Positions 55,521 to 64,000 of a stretch of 64,000 nucleotides of DNA are shown here, piece after piece. The first letter of the stretch is position 1. Each line of letters opens with the position of its first letter. Source of the stretch: Candidatus Thermochlorobacter sp. (GTDB lineage: Bacteria; Bacteroidota; Chlorobiia; Chlorobiales; Thermochlorobacteraceae); contig JBKBSK010000001.1 in the NCBI GenBank assembly GCA_046291735.1, forward strand, positions 321,250 to 385,249, written 5' to 3'. A program made the position numbers and the translations under genes. The notes below the pieces were generated by a model. It saw nothing but the letters and a program-made list of their open reading frames with translations. It did not search any database and was not told the origin of the DNA.

Positions 55521-58500
55521 TGCGTATTCAGCTTACTCTGCTAAGACTTGCGCTATGCTGCGTTGCGCTATCTCCATTTCTTCTTTACGCTCAACCTAAA
55601 CCCACCGAGCCGCTTTCTGGTCAAACCTTTGTGCAAACGTATGACTTGCGTCTAAGAGAGGAAACGATTGGTAGCACAAAACTCTTCTACGCTGAATTTG
55701 ATGCAGGACATTTGCCTGAAGCGGCACTTAAAGCCATGTCCTCATACGAACTCGTGCCGCTTGTGCCTGTCAAATCTATTTACATTGGTCTGCCTGCTGG
55801 CGCCACACTTACAGTTTCAGCAAAGCGTCTTGCAGGGGAAACCAAGCAGAATATCCGTTTAGCGCCTGTAACCAGCGACAATACCCTACTGCAGGAGAGT
55901 AATATCACACAACGACTCAAAAGCAGTGCAGCTTATGCTTCGGCAGACTTTCTGCCAGCATCGATAGCGAAAGTTGTGCGTTACTTCTATGTGGGGACGC
56001 AATATGTGGCGCAAGTACAAATTGCACCGCTGCAGTATTCGGCTGCACGAAAGGAACTGCGTTGGCATCGCTTGATAGAAGTCAACTGGTCGATTGTAAA
56101 AGCCCCAAGTCCCAAGCCGCTTGATCAACCACACTTGCATAGCTACCTCGATGAGCAATTTCTTCGACAACATTTGCTAAACTACGACGAAGCCAAAGCC
56201 TTCCGCGTCAGTTCTTCTTCACTGCCGCAAATCATGCGCACAGTCAGCGATAGCACTGCAAATTGGTATAATCCCTCCCAGCCTTACCTCAAACTGCTGA
56301 CCACAGCAGATGGTCTCTATCGCCTCTCTGGTGCTGAAATTGCAGCAGCAGGAGTCAGTCTTGCTGGTATCAATCCACGCACTTTGCGACTTATCTACAA
56401 AGGTAAAGAACTACCTATTTTCGTGCGTGGCGAAGAAGATGGACGACTTGATGCAAACGACGAAATCGAGTTTCTTGGCAGCTTTAATCGTGCTACGCCC
56501 GAGCCGGTGCTGGATGAATTTACAGGCAATGTGATTGGAAGTGTTACAGAGCTACGAAATGTGTACAGCGACACCAGTGTCTATTGGCTCACGTGGGGCG
56601 GCGCACAAGGTCGGCGTGTGGTAACAGCAACCGCAACACCAAAAGGCACCACGCTCTCACAAAGTTTTGTTGCCACGCATCGCATTGAGCAGGATTGTAT
56701 CTATGTCTCTGCACTTACAGAGCAAGGTCAGTATGTTACTGAGCGTGTGCTTGGCGAAGGTTGGGCGCAGCGGTATTTTCAATCTAACCCCTCTCTACCT
56801 ATCGACACGGCACAGACTATCTTTCAACTCGAAGGCGTAGTGAGCGCTGGCACAGCACGCGCCGCTGTGCGTCTTGCGTATACCACACCGGGCACCGCAG
56901 AGTTTGAAATTATTCTCAACGGCACATCCATTGGTTCAATCTCACTTTCAAGCAGGGGCGCAAATGTCTATACGCTATCGTTCAATGCTGCTGTACTGCG
57001 CAATGGACAAAATCAACTGCTTTATCGCCTGCGACGCACAAGTGCCCAGACCAGCATTGCTATCGTTGCATTAGATTGGATTGAATTTTCTTTCCCGCGC
57101 AGTTTCACACTGCCCACAGCATCACAGCAATTCTTTTTTGCCTCCGATAATGCTGCACAAGATATTGAGCTTACCGGCATACAGGATAGCGACTACACAC
57201 TCTACAATCTTACTGACACTGTTCGACTGACTGTCAGCGCTCAAAGTGCCGAGCGATTGCGCATCGGTGTTGAAGCAAACAAAACTTATGTGTTTGCCGA
57301 GCGGCGAAATTTTTATCGCCCACTCATTCGGCTACATCACGCCAAACCGTTACTTCGCAACCCTAGTCGCACCGCTGATTACATGATCATCACGCATCCG
57401 CTTTTTCGCGAGCAAGCAAATCGTTTGGCAGCGCATCGCGCCTCAGCTCAAGGCGGTAACTATCGCGTTGAAGTTGTAGAAACCGAGCAGATTTATGATG
57501 AGTTTAATTTCGGACTCTATGACCCTATCGCGATTCGGCAATTTTTGAAATATGCTTTCGAGAACTGGCGCGCACCACAGCTGCGCTATGTCTTGCTCTT
57601 TGGCGGCGCAAACCGTGACTTCAAAGGCAACTTGCCTGTTTCACGAACGCGCCCTGCACTTGTGCCAACATACGGACAGCCCGTTAGCGATATCTGGTTT
57701 GTGAGCTTCGATAACGAACCGACAAGACGCTTTCGCAACATTCCCAAAATGATGATTGGACGCATTCCTGTCTATAGCGTCGCTGAAGCTGAAACATATC
57801 TGCGCAAACTCATTGATGATAGTCGTCCATCTCGAGCAGAAGCATGGCATAAGAATTTTCTTTTTGTCAATGGTGGCTTTAATTTGCTGGAGCAGCAACT
57901 TTTTCGCACTTACTCTAACAGCATTATTTCAAACTTTATCGTGCCGCCGCCGATTGCTGGCAGAGCAGACACTCTTTATCGAGACGACCAAAATCCTTTT
58001 ATCAGCACGCAGCTCGAGCAGCAGATTCGTAACGCCATGGGAGCAGGCGCATCGCTGGTGCATTACATCGGACATGCCGGCTCGAACAGCTGGGATCTTG
58101 CCCTTGGCGATCCGCTCACACTGCAAAATCGTCGTCGCTATCCGCTTGTACTAAGTTGGACTTGCAACACTGGTCGCTTTGCAGAACCTTTCGGGAAATC
58201 CTTTACCGAGCAATTTCTGCTCTCACCAAATGGCGGCGCGCTTTGCTTCATTGGCACAGCAGGCTGGGGCTTTCCATCGTTAGATCATATGCTGAGCCAG
58301 AACGTCTTTCGCGCTATTCAAAATGCACAGCGCACAGCAGGCGAAATCTGGTTTTCAGCGCATCGCGCATTTAGCGAGCAATTTACTTTTTTCAGCGCCG
58401 CCGTGGAAGGCACCATCGATCACTACAACATTCAAGGCGACCCCGCCGAACCTATGGCGCTTGCCACCTTGCCTGATTTGGCACTCACGCCCGAGCAACT

Positions 58501-61069
58501 CACATTTCTTAATCCCGTACTCAACGAAAGCGACTTGCAACCGCTTGCTATTGTCCTCTCAAACTATGGAATTGCGACGCGTGATAGCGTCAATGTGCGT
58601 ATCTACGACCGCTGGGCAGACCGCCCCACGCCAATTTTAGTGCTCGATACCACTCTGCGCCCAATTGCTCTGCGTGATTCTATCGTGGTCAGATTGGATT
58701 TTTCAGGCAGGTTAGGCATACACGACCTTGAAGTTCGCCTCGATGAAAACAATCGTATTGCAGAAGTCTCAAAAGAGAATAATCGCGCTTCGTTGCGCAT
58801 CAATGTACTTGCGAATGCCGTTGCTGTTGCAACGCCACAAGCCTTTGGCACGATGCGCCGCTTATCGCCTCGTTTCGTTATCCTCAATCCCAGCGAACGC
58901 CCTAAAAGTGAGCGCATCTATCAATTTGAACTTGACACTACCGACCGCTTCGATAGCCCTCTCTGTCAGCGCAGCGGCAATGTGCCCGAAGGACTTTACA
59001 CAACAGAGTGGCAACCGAGCAGCACACCGCTTGCAAATGTGCCTTACTTCTGGCGCGTCCGCAGCCTTGATGGTCTTGATGAAACACCATGGCAAACCTT
59101 GCCTGTAACCTTTTCTGACGAGCCCACTGATGACGCAGCATGGCAACAACTTGGCACACAACTTTGGCGTAATCGACTCGATGGGCTAAGCAAAGTGCCT
59201 GACGGTCTCACCAATGGCGATGGTCGCTTGCCGCTCATTGTGCGCTCTGTGGGATTAAACGCACAATTTCCTAATCTTTTCTATGAAATTATTGTCGGCG
59301 ATGACCGTCAGTTTGATGTCATTGGACTTGGTACGCCACCGCGTGGACCATTGCGCGGCTTAAATGTTGTCATCTTGGATACCTTGCAAGGTGTGCGTGT
59401 AACACGCGCAGAAAACTTTGACTTTCTGACCATGTTCCCCTACACACTCATCAACCCTGATACTTCCTTGCCCGCTCGCTTTAATCGTTTGATTGACAAC
59501 ATGGTACCGCATCAACTTGCGCTGATAAGTCTGGTCGATGCCATTCCCGATACACGCGATTTGCCGATGAATCCCATTCGTCAACGTCTTGAACAGCTCG
59601 GCAGCCAACACTTTGGCAATTTGCGCTTTCGTGAATCGTGGGCATTTATTGGTTCAAAAAACCGTCGTTTTTATGCTGAAGCATGTGGCACACGCTGCAA
59701 TTCATCACTGCAAATCGGCTGCGACTCTGCAGGAATTGTTACCACAATTGACACTGCCATCACTATTCAACGCCTTAGTGCTAGCTTTACAACCGACCGC
59801 ATTGGTCCCGCTTCACGCTGGCAGCAGCTTTTGTGGCAAAGCACTGGGAACCGCGCACAAACCCGCTTTACTGTGTTTGGTCTGCGTCTTGATGGCAGAG
59901 AAGATTCGCTTCTGACCACCACACAAAACACAGGCACTGATCTCTCCATTATTGATGCAAAGCAGTATCCCTACCTGCGACTGCGCACATTACTCCAACG
60001 CGAAGCTAACACCGGTATTGCTCCAACGCTCACTACGGTGCGTCTGACTTATACCAAAGCTGGCGATGCAGCGATTTCTTATCGCACTTTCCGCGCCGAG
60101 CGTGATTCTCTCGACGCCGGCGCACCTGTATCACTTTCAGCTGAAGTGCGAAACTTAGGTCCAGCACGGCTCGACTCTATTCCCGTCAGAGTCTCGCTCA
60201 TTTTACCCACCGGTCAGCGACAGACGCTACAAACCCTTCAACTCGATTCACTTAGTGCAGGCGCCACTCGCACACTGACCATAACCTTACCTGCTTTTGT
60301 GCAAACTGGATTGCAAACACTTGCGCTCGAACTCGACCCTGACTCACGTTTAGCAGAGCTCTCAAAGCAAAATAACCGTACAAGCCTCTCTATTTTCGTG
60401 CGCGCAGACACGGTGCGTCCGTCCGCTACCATTGAGTTCGATGGACGACGCATCAGCAACGGTGAAACCATTCGCCAGCGTCCGCGAATTGTGATTCGAG
60501 CATTTGATAATACACTCTCGCTTACCGACACAAATGCCATTCGAGTGTTTCTCAATCGCCGCCCGATTTTCTATGCCCAATCTCAGCAACTGACTTTTAT
60601 ACCAGCTACAGCGAATAACCCTACTGCAACTGCCATTTTCACGCCAACGCTTACCGACGGCGACTATACGCTCTCTGTTACTATACGCGATGCAGCTGGT
60701 AATCTTGCTGATAGCGCCTCCACTGTGGTGCGCTTTCGTGTCGATTCAGAATTTAGAGTAGAAAATCTTTTCAACTACCCAAATCCCTTTTCGGACAAAA
60801 CCGAATTTGCTTTTCGCCTCACCAGCCCCGATGATGAACGACCTACAGAATTCAAAATTTTTATCTATACCATTGCTGGACGGCTGGTGCAGGAGCTTGA
60901 TGTTATGCCTGTCATCAATGCAGGATGGAGTGAATACTACCGCATTCCTTGGGATGGACGTGATAAAGATGGCGATTTGCTTGCTAATGGCGTCTATCTT
61001 TATCGTGTTATCGTTCGCTCGCCCAAAGGCACGATTACCAAAACGGAGCGACTTGCTATCGTACGCTGA
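55520..61069 (+). CDS. Giant secreted peptidase-C25-like (gingipain/PorU-like) protein with CARDB-like modules and a T9SS C-terminal sorting domain
   Basis: ATG 55520 shares its A with the upstream TAA. Signal peptide MRIQLTLLRLALCCVALSPFLLYAQP. The C25 core reads ADYMIITHPLF...AIRQFLKY...YVLLFGG...SDIWF...IGRIPV, with His in HYIGHAGSNSW (codon 58072-58074) and Cys in LSWTCNTGRF (codon 58163-58165), 30 residues apart. Two CARDB-like modules are present. The C-terminus FNYPNPFSDKTEF...NGVYLYRV resembles a Por_Secre_tail/FlgD-Ig domain. Confidence 0.75.
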   Translation: MRIQLTLLRLALCCVALSPFLLYAQPKPTEPLSGQTFVQTYDLRLREETIGSTKLFYAEFDAGHLPEAALKAMSSYELVPLVPVKSIYIGLPAGATLTVSAKRLAGETKQNIRLAPVTSDNTLLQESNITQRLKSSAAYASADFLPASIAKVVRYFYVGTQYVAQVQIAPLQYSAARKELRWHRLIEVNWSIVKAPSPKPLDQPHLHSYLDEQFLRQHLLNYDEAKAFRVSSSSLPQIMRTVSDSTANWYNPSQPYLKLLTTADGLYRLSGAEIAAAGVSLAGINPRTLRLIYKGKELPIFVRGEEDGRLDANDEIEFLGSFNRATPEPVLDEFTGNVIGSVTELRNVYSDTSVYWLTWGGAQGRRVVTATATPKGTTLSQSFVATHRIEQDCIYVSALTEQGQYVTERVLGEGWAQRYFQSNPSLPIDTAQTIFQLEGVVSAGTARAAVRLAYTTPGTAEFEIILNGTSIGSISLSSRGANVYTLSFNAAVLRNGQNQLLYRLRRTSAQTSIAIVALDWIEFSFPRSFTLPTASQQFFFASDNAAQDIELTGIQDSDYTLYNLTDTVRLTVSAQSAERLRIGVEANKTYVFAERRNFYRPLIRLHHAKPLLRNPSRTADYMIITHPLFREQANRLAAHRASAQGGNYRVEVVETEQIYDEFNFGLYDPIAIRQFLKYAFENWRAPQLRYVLLFGGANRDFKGNLPVSRTRPALVPTYGQPVSDIWFVSFDNEPTRRFRNIPKMMIGRIPVYSVAEAETYLRKLIDDSRPSRAEAWHKNFLFVNGGFNLLEQQLFRTYSNSIISNFIVPPPIAGRADTLYRDDQNPFISTQLEQQIRNAMGAGASLVHYIGHAGSNSWDLALGDPLTLQNRRRYPLVLSWTCNTGRFAEPFGKSFTEQFLLSPNGGALCFIGTAGWGFPSLDHMLSQNVFRAIQNAQRTAGEIWFSAHRAFSEQFTFFSAAVEGTIDHYNIQGDPAEPMALATLPDLALTPEQLTFLNPVLNESDLQPLAIVLSNYGIATRDSVNVRIYDRWADRPTPILVLDTTLRPIALRDSIVVRLDFSGRLGIHDLEVRLDENNRIAEVSKENNRASLRINVLANAVAVATPQAFGTMRRLSPRFVILNPSERPKSERIYQFELDTTDRFDSPLCQRSGNVPEGLYTTEWQPSSTPLANVPYFWRVRSLDGLDETPWQTLPVTFSDEPTDDAAWQQLGTQLWRNRLDGLSKVPDGLTNGDGRLPLIVRSVGLNAQFPNLFYEIIVGDDRQFDVIGLGTPPRGPLRGLNVVILDTLQGVRVTRAENFDFLTMFPYTLINPDTSLPARFNRLIDNMVPHQLALISLVDAIPDTRDLPMNPIRQRLEQLGSQHFGNLRFRESWAFIGSKNRRFYAEACGTRCNSSLQIGCDSAGIVTTIDTAITIQRLSASFTTDRIGPASRWQQLLWQSTGNRAQTRFTVFGLRLDGREDSLLTTTQNTGTDLSIIDAKQYPYLRLRTLLQREANTGIAPTLTTVRLTYTKAGDAAISYRTFRAERDSLDAGAPVSLSAEVRNLGPARLDSIPVRVSLILPTGQRQTLQTLQLDSLSAGATRTLTITLPAFVQTGLQTLALELDPDSRLAELSKQNNRTSLSIFVRADTVRPSATIEFDGRRISNGETIRQRPRIVIRAFDNTLSLTDTNAIRVFLNRRPIFYAQSQQLTFIPATANNPTATAIFTPTLTDGDYTLSVTIRDAAGNLADSASTVVRFRVDSEFRVENLFNYPNPFSDKTEFAFRLTSPDDERPTEFKIFIYTIAGRLVQELDVMPVINAGWSEYYRIPWDGRDKDGDLLANGVYLYRVIVRSPKGTITKTERLAIVR

Positions 61070-61074
61070 CTGCA

Positions 61075-62196
61075 ATGGAAATTATCTATCTTACCCCGAA
61101 GTCGCATCCTCTCAATGGCATTTCTCAGTATGCAAGCCTGCTCTGTTCTGCGATGAAAAAGTATGCACCCGAATTTGTCTTCCGCCGTGTCGATGAAGTT
61201 GAGTTTGAACAGTGCTATCGTAGCTTGCCTAAAAACAGCATCATCATGGCAGAGATGAGTGTGGGCGAAGGCAAAATTTTTCAAGCACTCCGCCGTCAGA
61301 AGGCACAGCGACCAGACCTGCGACGACTGATTACCATTCACGACCCACCGCGCTTTGCCGTTGAAACGACGCCTCTCTTGGAAAAGATGTCTGCTTTTAC
61401 CTTTACGCGTGCCCTGCGACGCCTTTTCCTCGATGCACTAGATTGGACGATTGAACGAGACATGATTCAGCAGTGCGACATTTTTGTTACACTCACGTCT
61501 CTTGGCAAACAAGTCTTAGAAGAAAAGTTTAAGCGATTTTTTCCGTTTGTGCCGCAGGTGTTTTATGTTCCCCATCTGCTGTATCTTGACCCGCCTGAAT
61601 GCGCACCTGCTCCAACTTCATCTATCCCCACGCTGGGATACTTCGGCTACATCAATCCGCATAAAGGCTTGCATATTTTGATTGAAGCTGCATATCGCCT
61701 GAAGAAAGAAAACAAACCTTGTCCGCGTCTTGTCATTTACGGCGAACCGATTACGAGAAAAGGCACACTCTACTTGCAGCGCGTTCAAGCGTTGGTACAA
61801 AAGTATGCGCTTACAGACAGCGTGCAGTTCAGAGGCTATTTAGATGAGCCTGAGATTGTAGCATTTTTACGGTCGATCGATGCGCTTGCGATGCCGTATT
61901 CAGACTTAGGATTTATCTCTGCAAGTGGTGTTTTGCAGTGGGCACGAAGCGTCGGTGTACCGGTGTTAGCCAGCAAAACACGAGCTTTCACTTCACTACT
62001 TGCTGATGGTGTAGAAGGCAGAACAATTGCAACGCATGATATTGCCGGTTGGGCAGAGGCGATGCACTCTATTGTTGTGAAGCCCGACACATGGCAACGC
62101 TTCCGTAGCGCTGTAATCATGCAGCGTGCTGATGCTGAGTGGAAATCCGTCGCAACAAGGCTTAGTTATATTCTTCAAGCAATTCAGAGAAGCTAA
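61075..62196 (+). CDS. Glycosyltransferase family 4 (GT-B)
   Basis: It starts 5 nt after the giant gene. LGYFGYINPHKGLHILIEA..., AMPYSDLGFISASGVLQWARSVGVPVLAS. Confidence 0.8.
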   Translation: MEIIYLTPKSHPLNGISQYASLLCSAMKKYAPEFVFRRVDEVEFEQCYRSLPKNSIIMAEMSVGEGKIFQALRRQKAQRPDLRRLITIHDPPRFAVETTPLLEKMSAFTFTRALRRLFLDALDWTIERDMIQQCDIFVTLTSLGKQVLEEKFKRFFPFVPQVFYVPHLLYLDPPECAPAPTSSIPTLGYFGYINPHKGLHILIEAAYRLKKENKPCPRLVIYGEPITRKGTLYLQRVQALVQKYALTDSVQFRGYLDEPEIVAFLRSIDALAMPYSDLGFISASGVLQWARSVGVPVLASKTRAFTSLLADGVEGRTIATHDIAGWAEAMHSIVVKPDTWQRFRSAVIMQRADAEWKSVATRLSYILQAIQRS

Positions 62197-62200
62197 AACA

Positions 62201-63322
62201 ATGCATGTTGCAGTCGATGCACTGCTCCTAAAAAATCAAAATGTGGGCACAGGTTTATACACGCATCACCTGCTTAAAGCGCTCTCGCAGTTGCCTTCTG
62301 CACATCATTTCACAGTATTTGCTGATGCAGCCTATCACCTTGCCAGCGAGCTTGAATCTAGTAGAATGAGAATTGAGAAAGTAAAATTATATGGCACTGC
62401 GCATCGCATTGCATGGGAGCAACTTTACTTGCCGAAGCGACTGCGCAATATGCAAGTTGATGTTGCGCTCTATCCCTTCTTTATCGCACCAGCGCAAAGC
62501 CATGTACCTTCCGTTGTGATTATCCACGATGCGCTTATCAAGGTTTATCCTGAACTCATTGAACGCCCTCGCCGATGGTATCTTGATACGATGATTACGC
62601 ACTCCATCAAGCAAGCAGCATGCATTCTCACGGTATCGGAGTATGCCAAGTCTGACCTTGTCAAGCATTATGGCGCAAAGCCTGCCCGCATTTTGCTTGC
62701 ACCTGCGGCAGCGGCACCACATTTTGAGGTAAAGATTTCTGAAGAAGAACGCTGCGCCATACTTCACAAATACGCTGTGCCTTTCGAGCAGTTTTTCTTG
62801 AGTGTCGGCATTAGCCACAAGTATAAGAACTACATTGAACTGCTATTTGCATTTCGTGCGGCTTTGGTCGAAAATCCTGCTCTACGGCTGGTGATGGTCG
62901 GCAGCGCTGGCAATGATCAAAAAGCAATTGATGCCTTCATTGCGCAACATGCCTTGCATACACAAGTTTTTCGTGCTCGGTATGTGAAGTCAGAAGATTT
63001 GCGTGCCTTTTATGCGTCTGCGGTAGCACTTGTGATGACAAGCCACTATGAGTCGTTTGCCATGCCGATTGTGGAAGCGATGCACGTCGGCTGCCCCGTG
63101 ATTATTGCTAATCGGACTGCAATGCCTGAGACCGCAGGCAAGGCTGCACTGCGATATGACACCGTGCAAGACTTAACGCATCGGCTACTTGACATGTGGA
63201 GCAATGAGAAGTTGCGGCAGCGTCTTGTGGCAAGCGGCTATGCGCAAGCAAAGAAATTTTCATGGCTAAACACTGCGCAATGCGTGCTTGAAGCCTTGGG
63301 AAAAGCTGTTAGAGCAGTTTGA
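62201..63322 (+). CDS. Glycosyltransferase family 4 (GT-B)
   Basis: ATG 62201 lies 4 nt after the upstream TAA. MHVAVDALLLKNQNVGTGLYTHHLL, FFLSVGISHKYKNY, VMTSHYESFAMPIVEAMHVGCPVI. Confidence 0.85.
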   Translation: MHVAVDALLLKNQNVGTGLYTHHLLKALSQLPSAHHFTVFADAAYHLASELESSRMRIEKVKLYGTAHRIAWEQLYLPKRLRNMQVDVALYPFFIAPAQSHVPSVVIIHDALIKVYPELIERPRRWYLDTMITHSIKQAACILTVSEYAKSDLVKHYGAKPARILLAPAAAAPHFEVKISEEERCAILHKYAVPFEQFFLSVGISHKYKNYIELLFAFRAALVENPALRLVMVGSAGNDQKAIDAFIAQHALHTQVFRARYVKSEDLRAFYASAVALVMTSHYESFAMPIVEAMHVGCPVIIANRTAMPETAGKAALRYDTVQDLTHRLLDMWSNEKLRQRLVASGYAQAKKFSWLNTAQCVLEALGKAVRAV

Positions 63323-64000
63323 GCCGATGCAGCATGTCATCGTAGCACCGCAGAACCAAAGATTCATCGAACTCTTTAATCATTTTTAGCCGTGCGCGTT
63401 TGCCCATTTCTAAGCGCGCTGCCTCTGGCATTGTGATTATCCGCTCGAGCTTTTCTACCAAATCACTCACGCTGTTAGGCTGAACCAAGAAACCCGTTAC
63501 ACCATCTTCAACAATCTGACGGCAACCTACTGAATCAGTAGCGATTACAGGTTTCTCAAGACTTGCTGCCTCGAGCAGTGTGCGCGGTGTGCCTTCACGA
63601 TATAGCGATGGGAGCACCACACAGTCCGCCGCTTGCACATAGGGTAACACATCATGTGTTTCACCCAAATAATTGATGTAGTCTTTCCAACACTCAATCT
63701 CATCTTTGGAGACAAACGCCGGATTGCCTGCCAAGAGAAAGCCAAGCAAGCGAAATTCAGCGTGTGGATATTTGGACTTTAATTGTTTTGCTGCCCGAGC
63801 GTAGAGTTCGATTCCTTTTTCTCGCAGCAGCCGAGCACTCAGCAAAAAAACGATTTTCTTTGACGCAGTATGCTGATTTGACGGCGCAGGACGAAAGTGA
63901 TGTGTATCAATCCCTTCCCCGGGAAAAAGATATGCTTTTTCTGAACTGACCAATTTTTCGGACACAAACAGTGCGCGGTCTTCGGGATTGACAAACCAGA
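63309..64000 (-). CDS. Glycosyltransferase family 4, C-terminal part (N-terminus beyond the window end)
   Basis: The frame stays open upstream of the track start (hand translation of 63966-63998 gives WFVNPEDRALF with no stop). VFLLSARLLREKGI, LPSLYREGTPRTLLEAASLEKPVIATD, ..G..G. It is convergent with the previous gene and overlaps it by 14 nt. Confidence 0.8.
   Translation of the reverse strand, partial: WFVNPEDRALFVSEKLVSSEKAYLFPGEGIDTHHFRPAPSNQHTASKKIVFLLSARLLREKGIELYARAAKQLKSKYPHAEFRLLGFLLAGNPAFVSKDEIECWKDYINYLGETHDVLPYVQAADCVVLPSLYREGTPRTLLEAASLEKPVIATDSVGCRQIVEDGVTGFLVQPNSVSDLVEKLERIITMPEAARLEMGKRARLKMIKEFDESLVLRCYDDMLHRLKLL

Noticed and set aside
1-64000. CRISPR arrays, IS elements, prophage or classic defence systems (RM, TA, retron, CBASS-like)
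   Set aside because: Reading the ORF translations and intergenic regions showed no repeat-spacer periodicity. No transposase, integrase, reverse transcriptase or nuclease hallmark was found, and no small two-gene TA-like pairs.

Overview
Gene-dense 64-kb chromosomal window of about 50 CDS and 2 tRNAs, roughly 48-50% GC by hand counts of sampled lines. No rRNA, CRISPR array, transposase or integrase was seen. The gene content is a nifJ-type PFOR, a CrtC/AttH-like protein, gatA, a split sucD, and a protein with an 'NYPNPF' T9SS C-terminal domain. This suggests an FCB-group (Chlorobi/Ignavibacteria-like) bacterium, but that is only an inference. Housekeeping genes (gpsA, ftsH, acylphosphatase, pcm, PFOR, lat, lrgAB, a phosphohexomutase, rlmB, gatA, sucD, wecB) are interleaved with two surface-glycan biosynthesis blocks at about 26.7-35.7 kb and 45.9-64 kb. 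Together these blocks encode 7 glycosyltransferases, 3 Wzx-like flippases, a Wzy/WaaL-like protein, 4 SAM methyltransferases (a 5th lies just upstream at 45320-45946), a heparinase II/III-like protein and an AsnB-like amidotransferase. The most interesting observations are listed here. (1) A 1,850-aa secreted C25 (gingipain/PorU-like) protein with a T9SS C-terminal domain is translationally coupled into the second glycan operon, directly after the Wzy/WaaL-like gene. This may be a hard-wired glycan-protein conjugation module. (2) An uncharacterised three-gene membrane module (14.5-16.6 kb) carries three copies of one 4-helix domain plus a NapH-like CxxxC protein, just upstream of PFOR. (3) An Att-like permease/AttH pair is split by an inverted tRNA-Arg / sigma-54 activator / GDPD / CheY cassette, and the activator carries GAFTDA instead of GAFTGA. 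(4) A 4-Cys insertion sits in lysine 6-transaminase. (5) The first glycan block shows a gene-conversion-like identity block between two methyltransferase paralogs and a low-GC segment. All functional calls rest on motif recognition from the translated ORFs, because no searches could be run.
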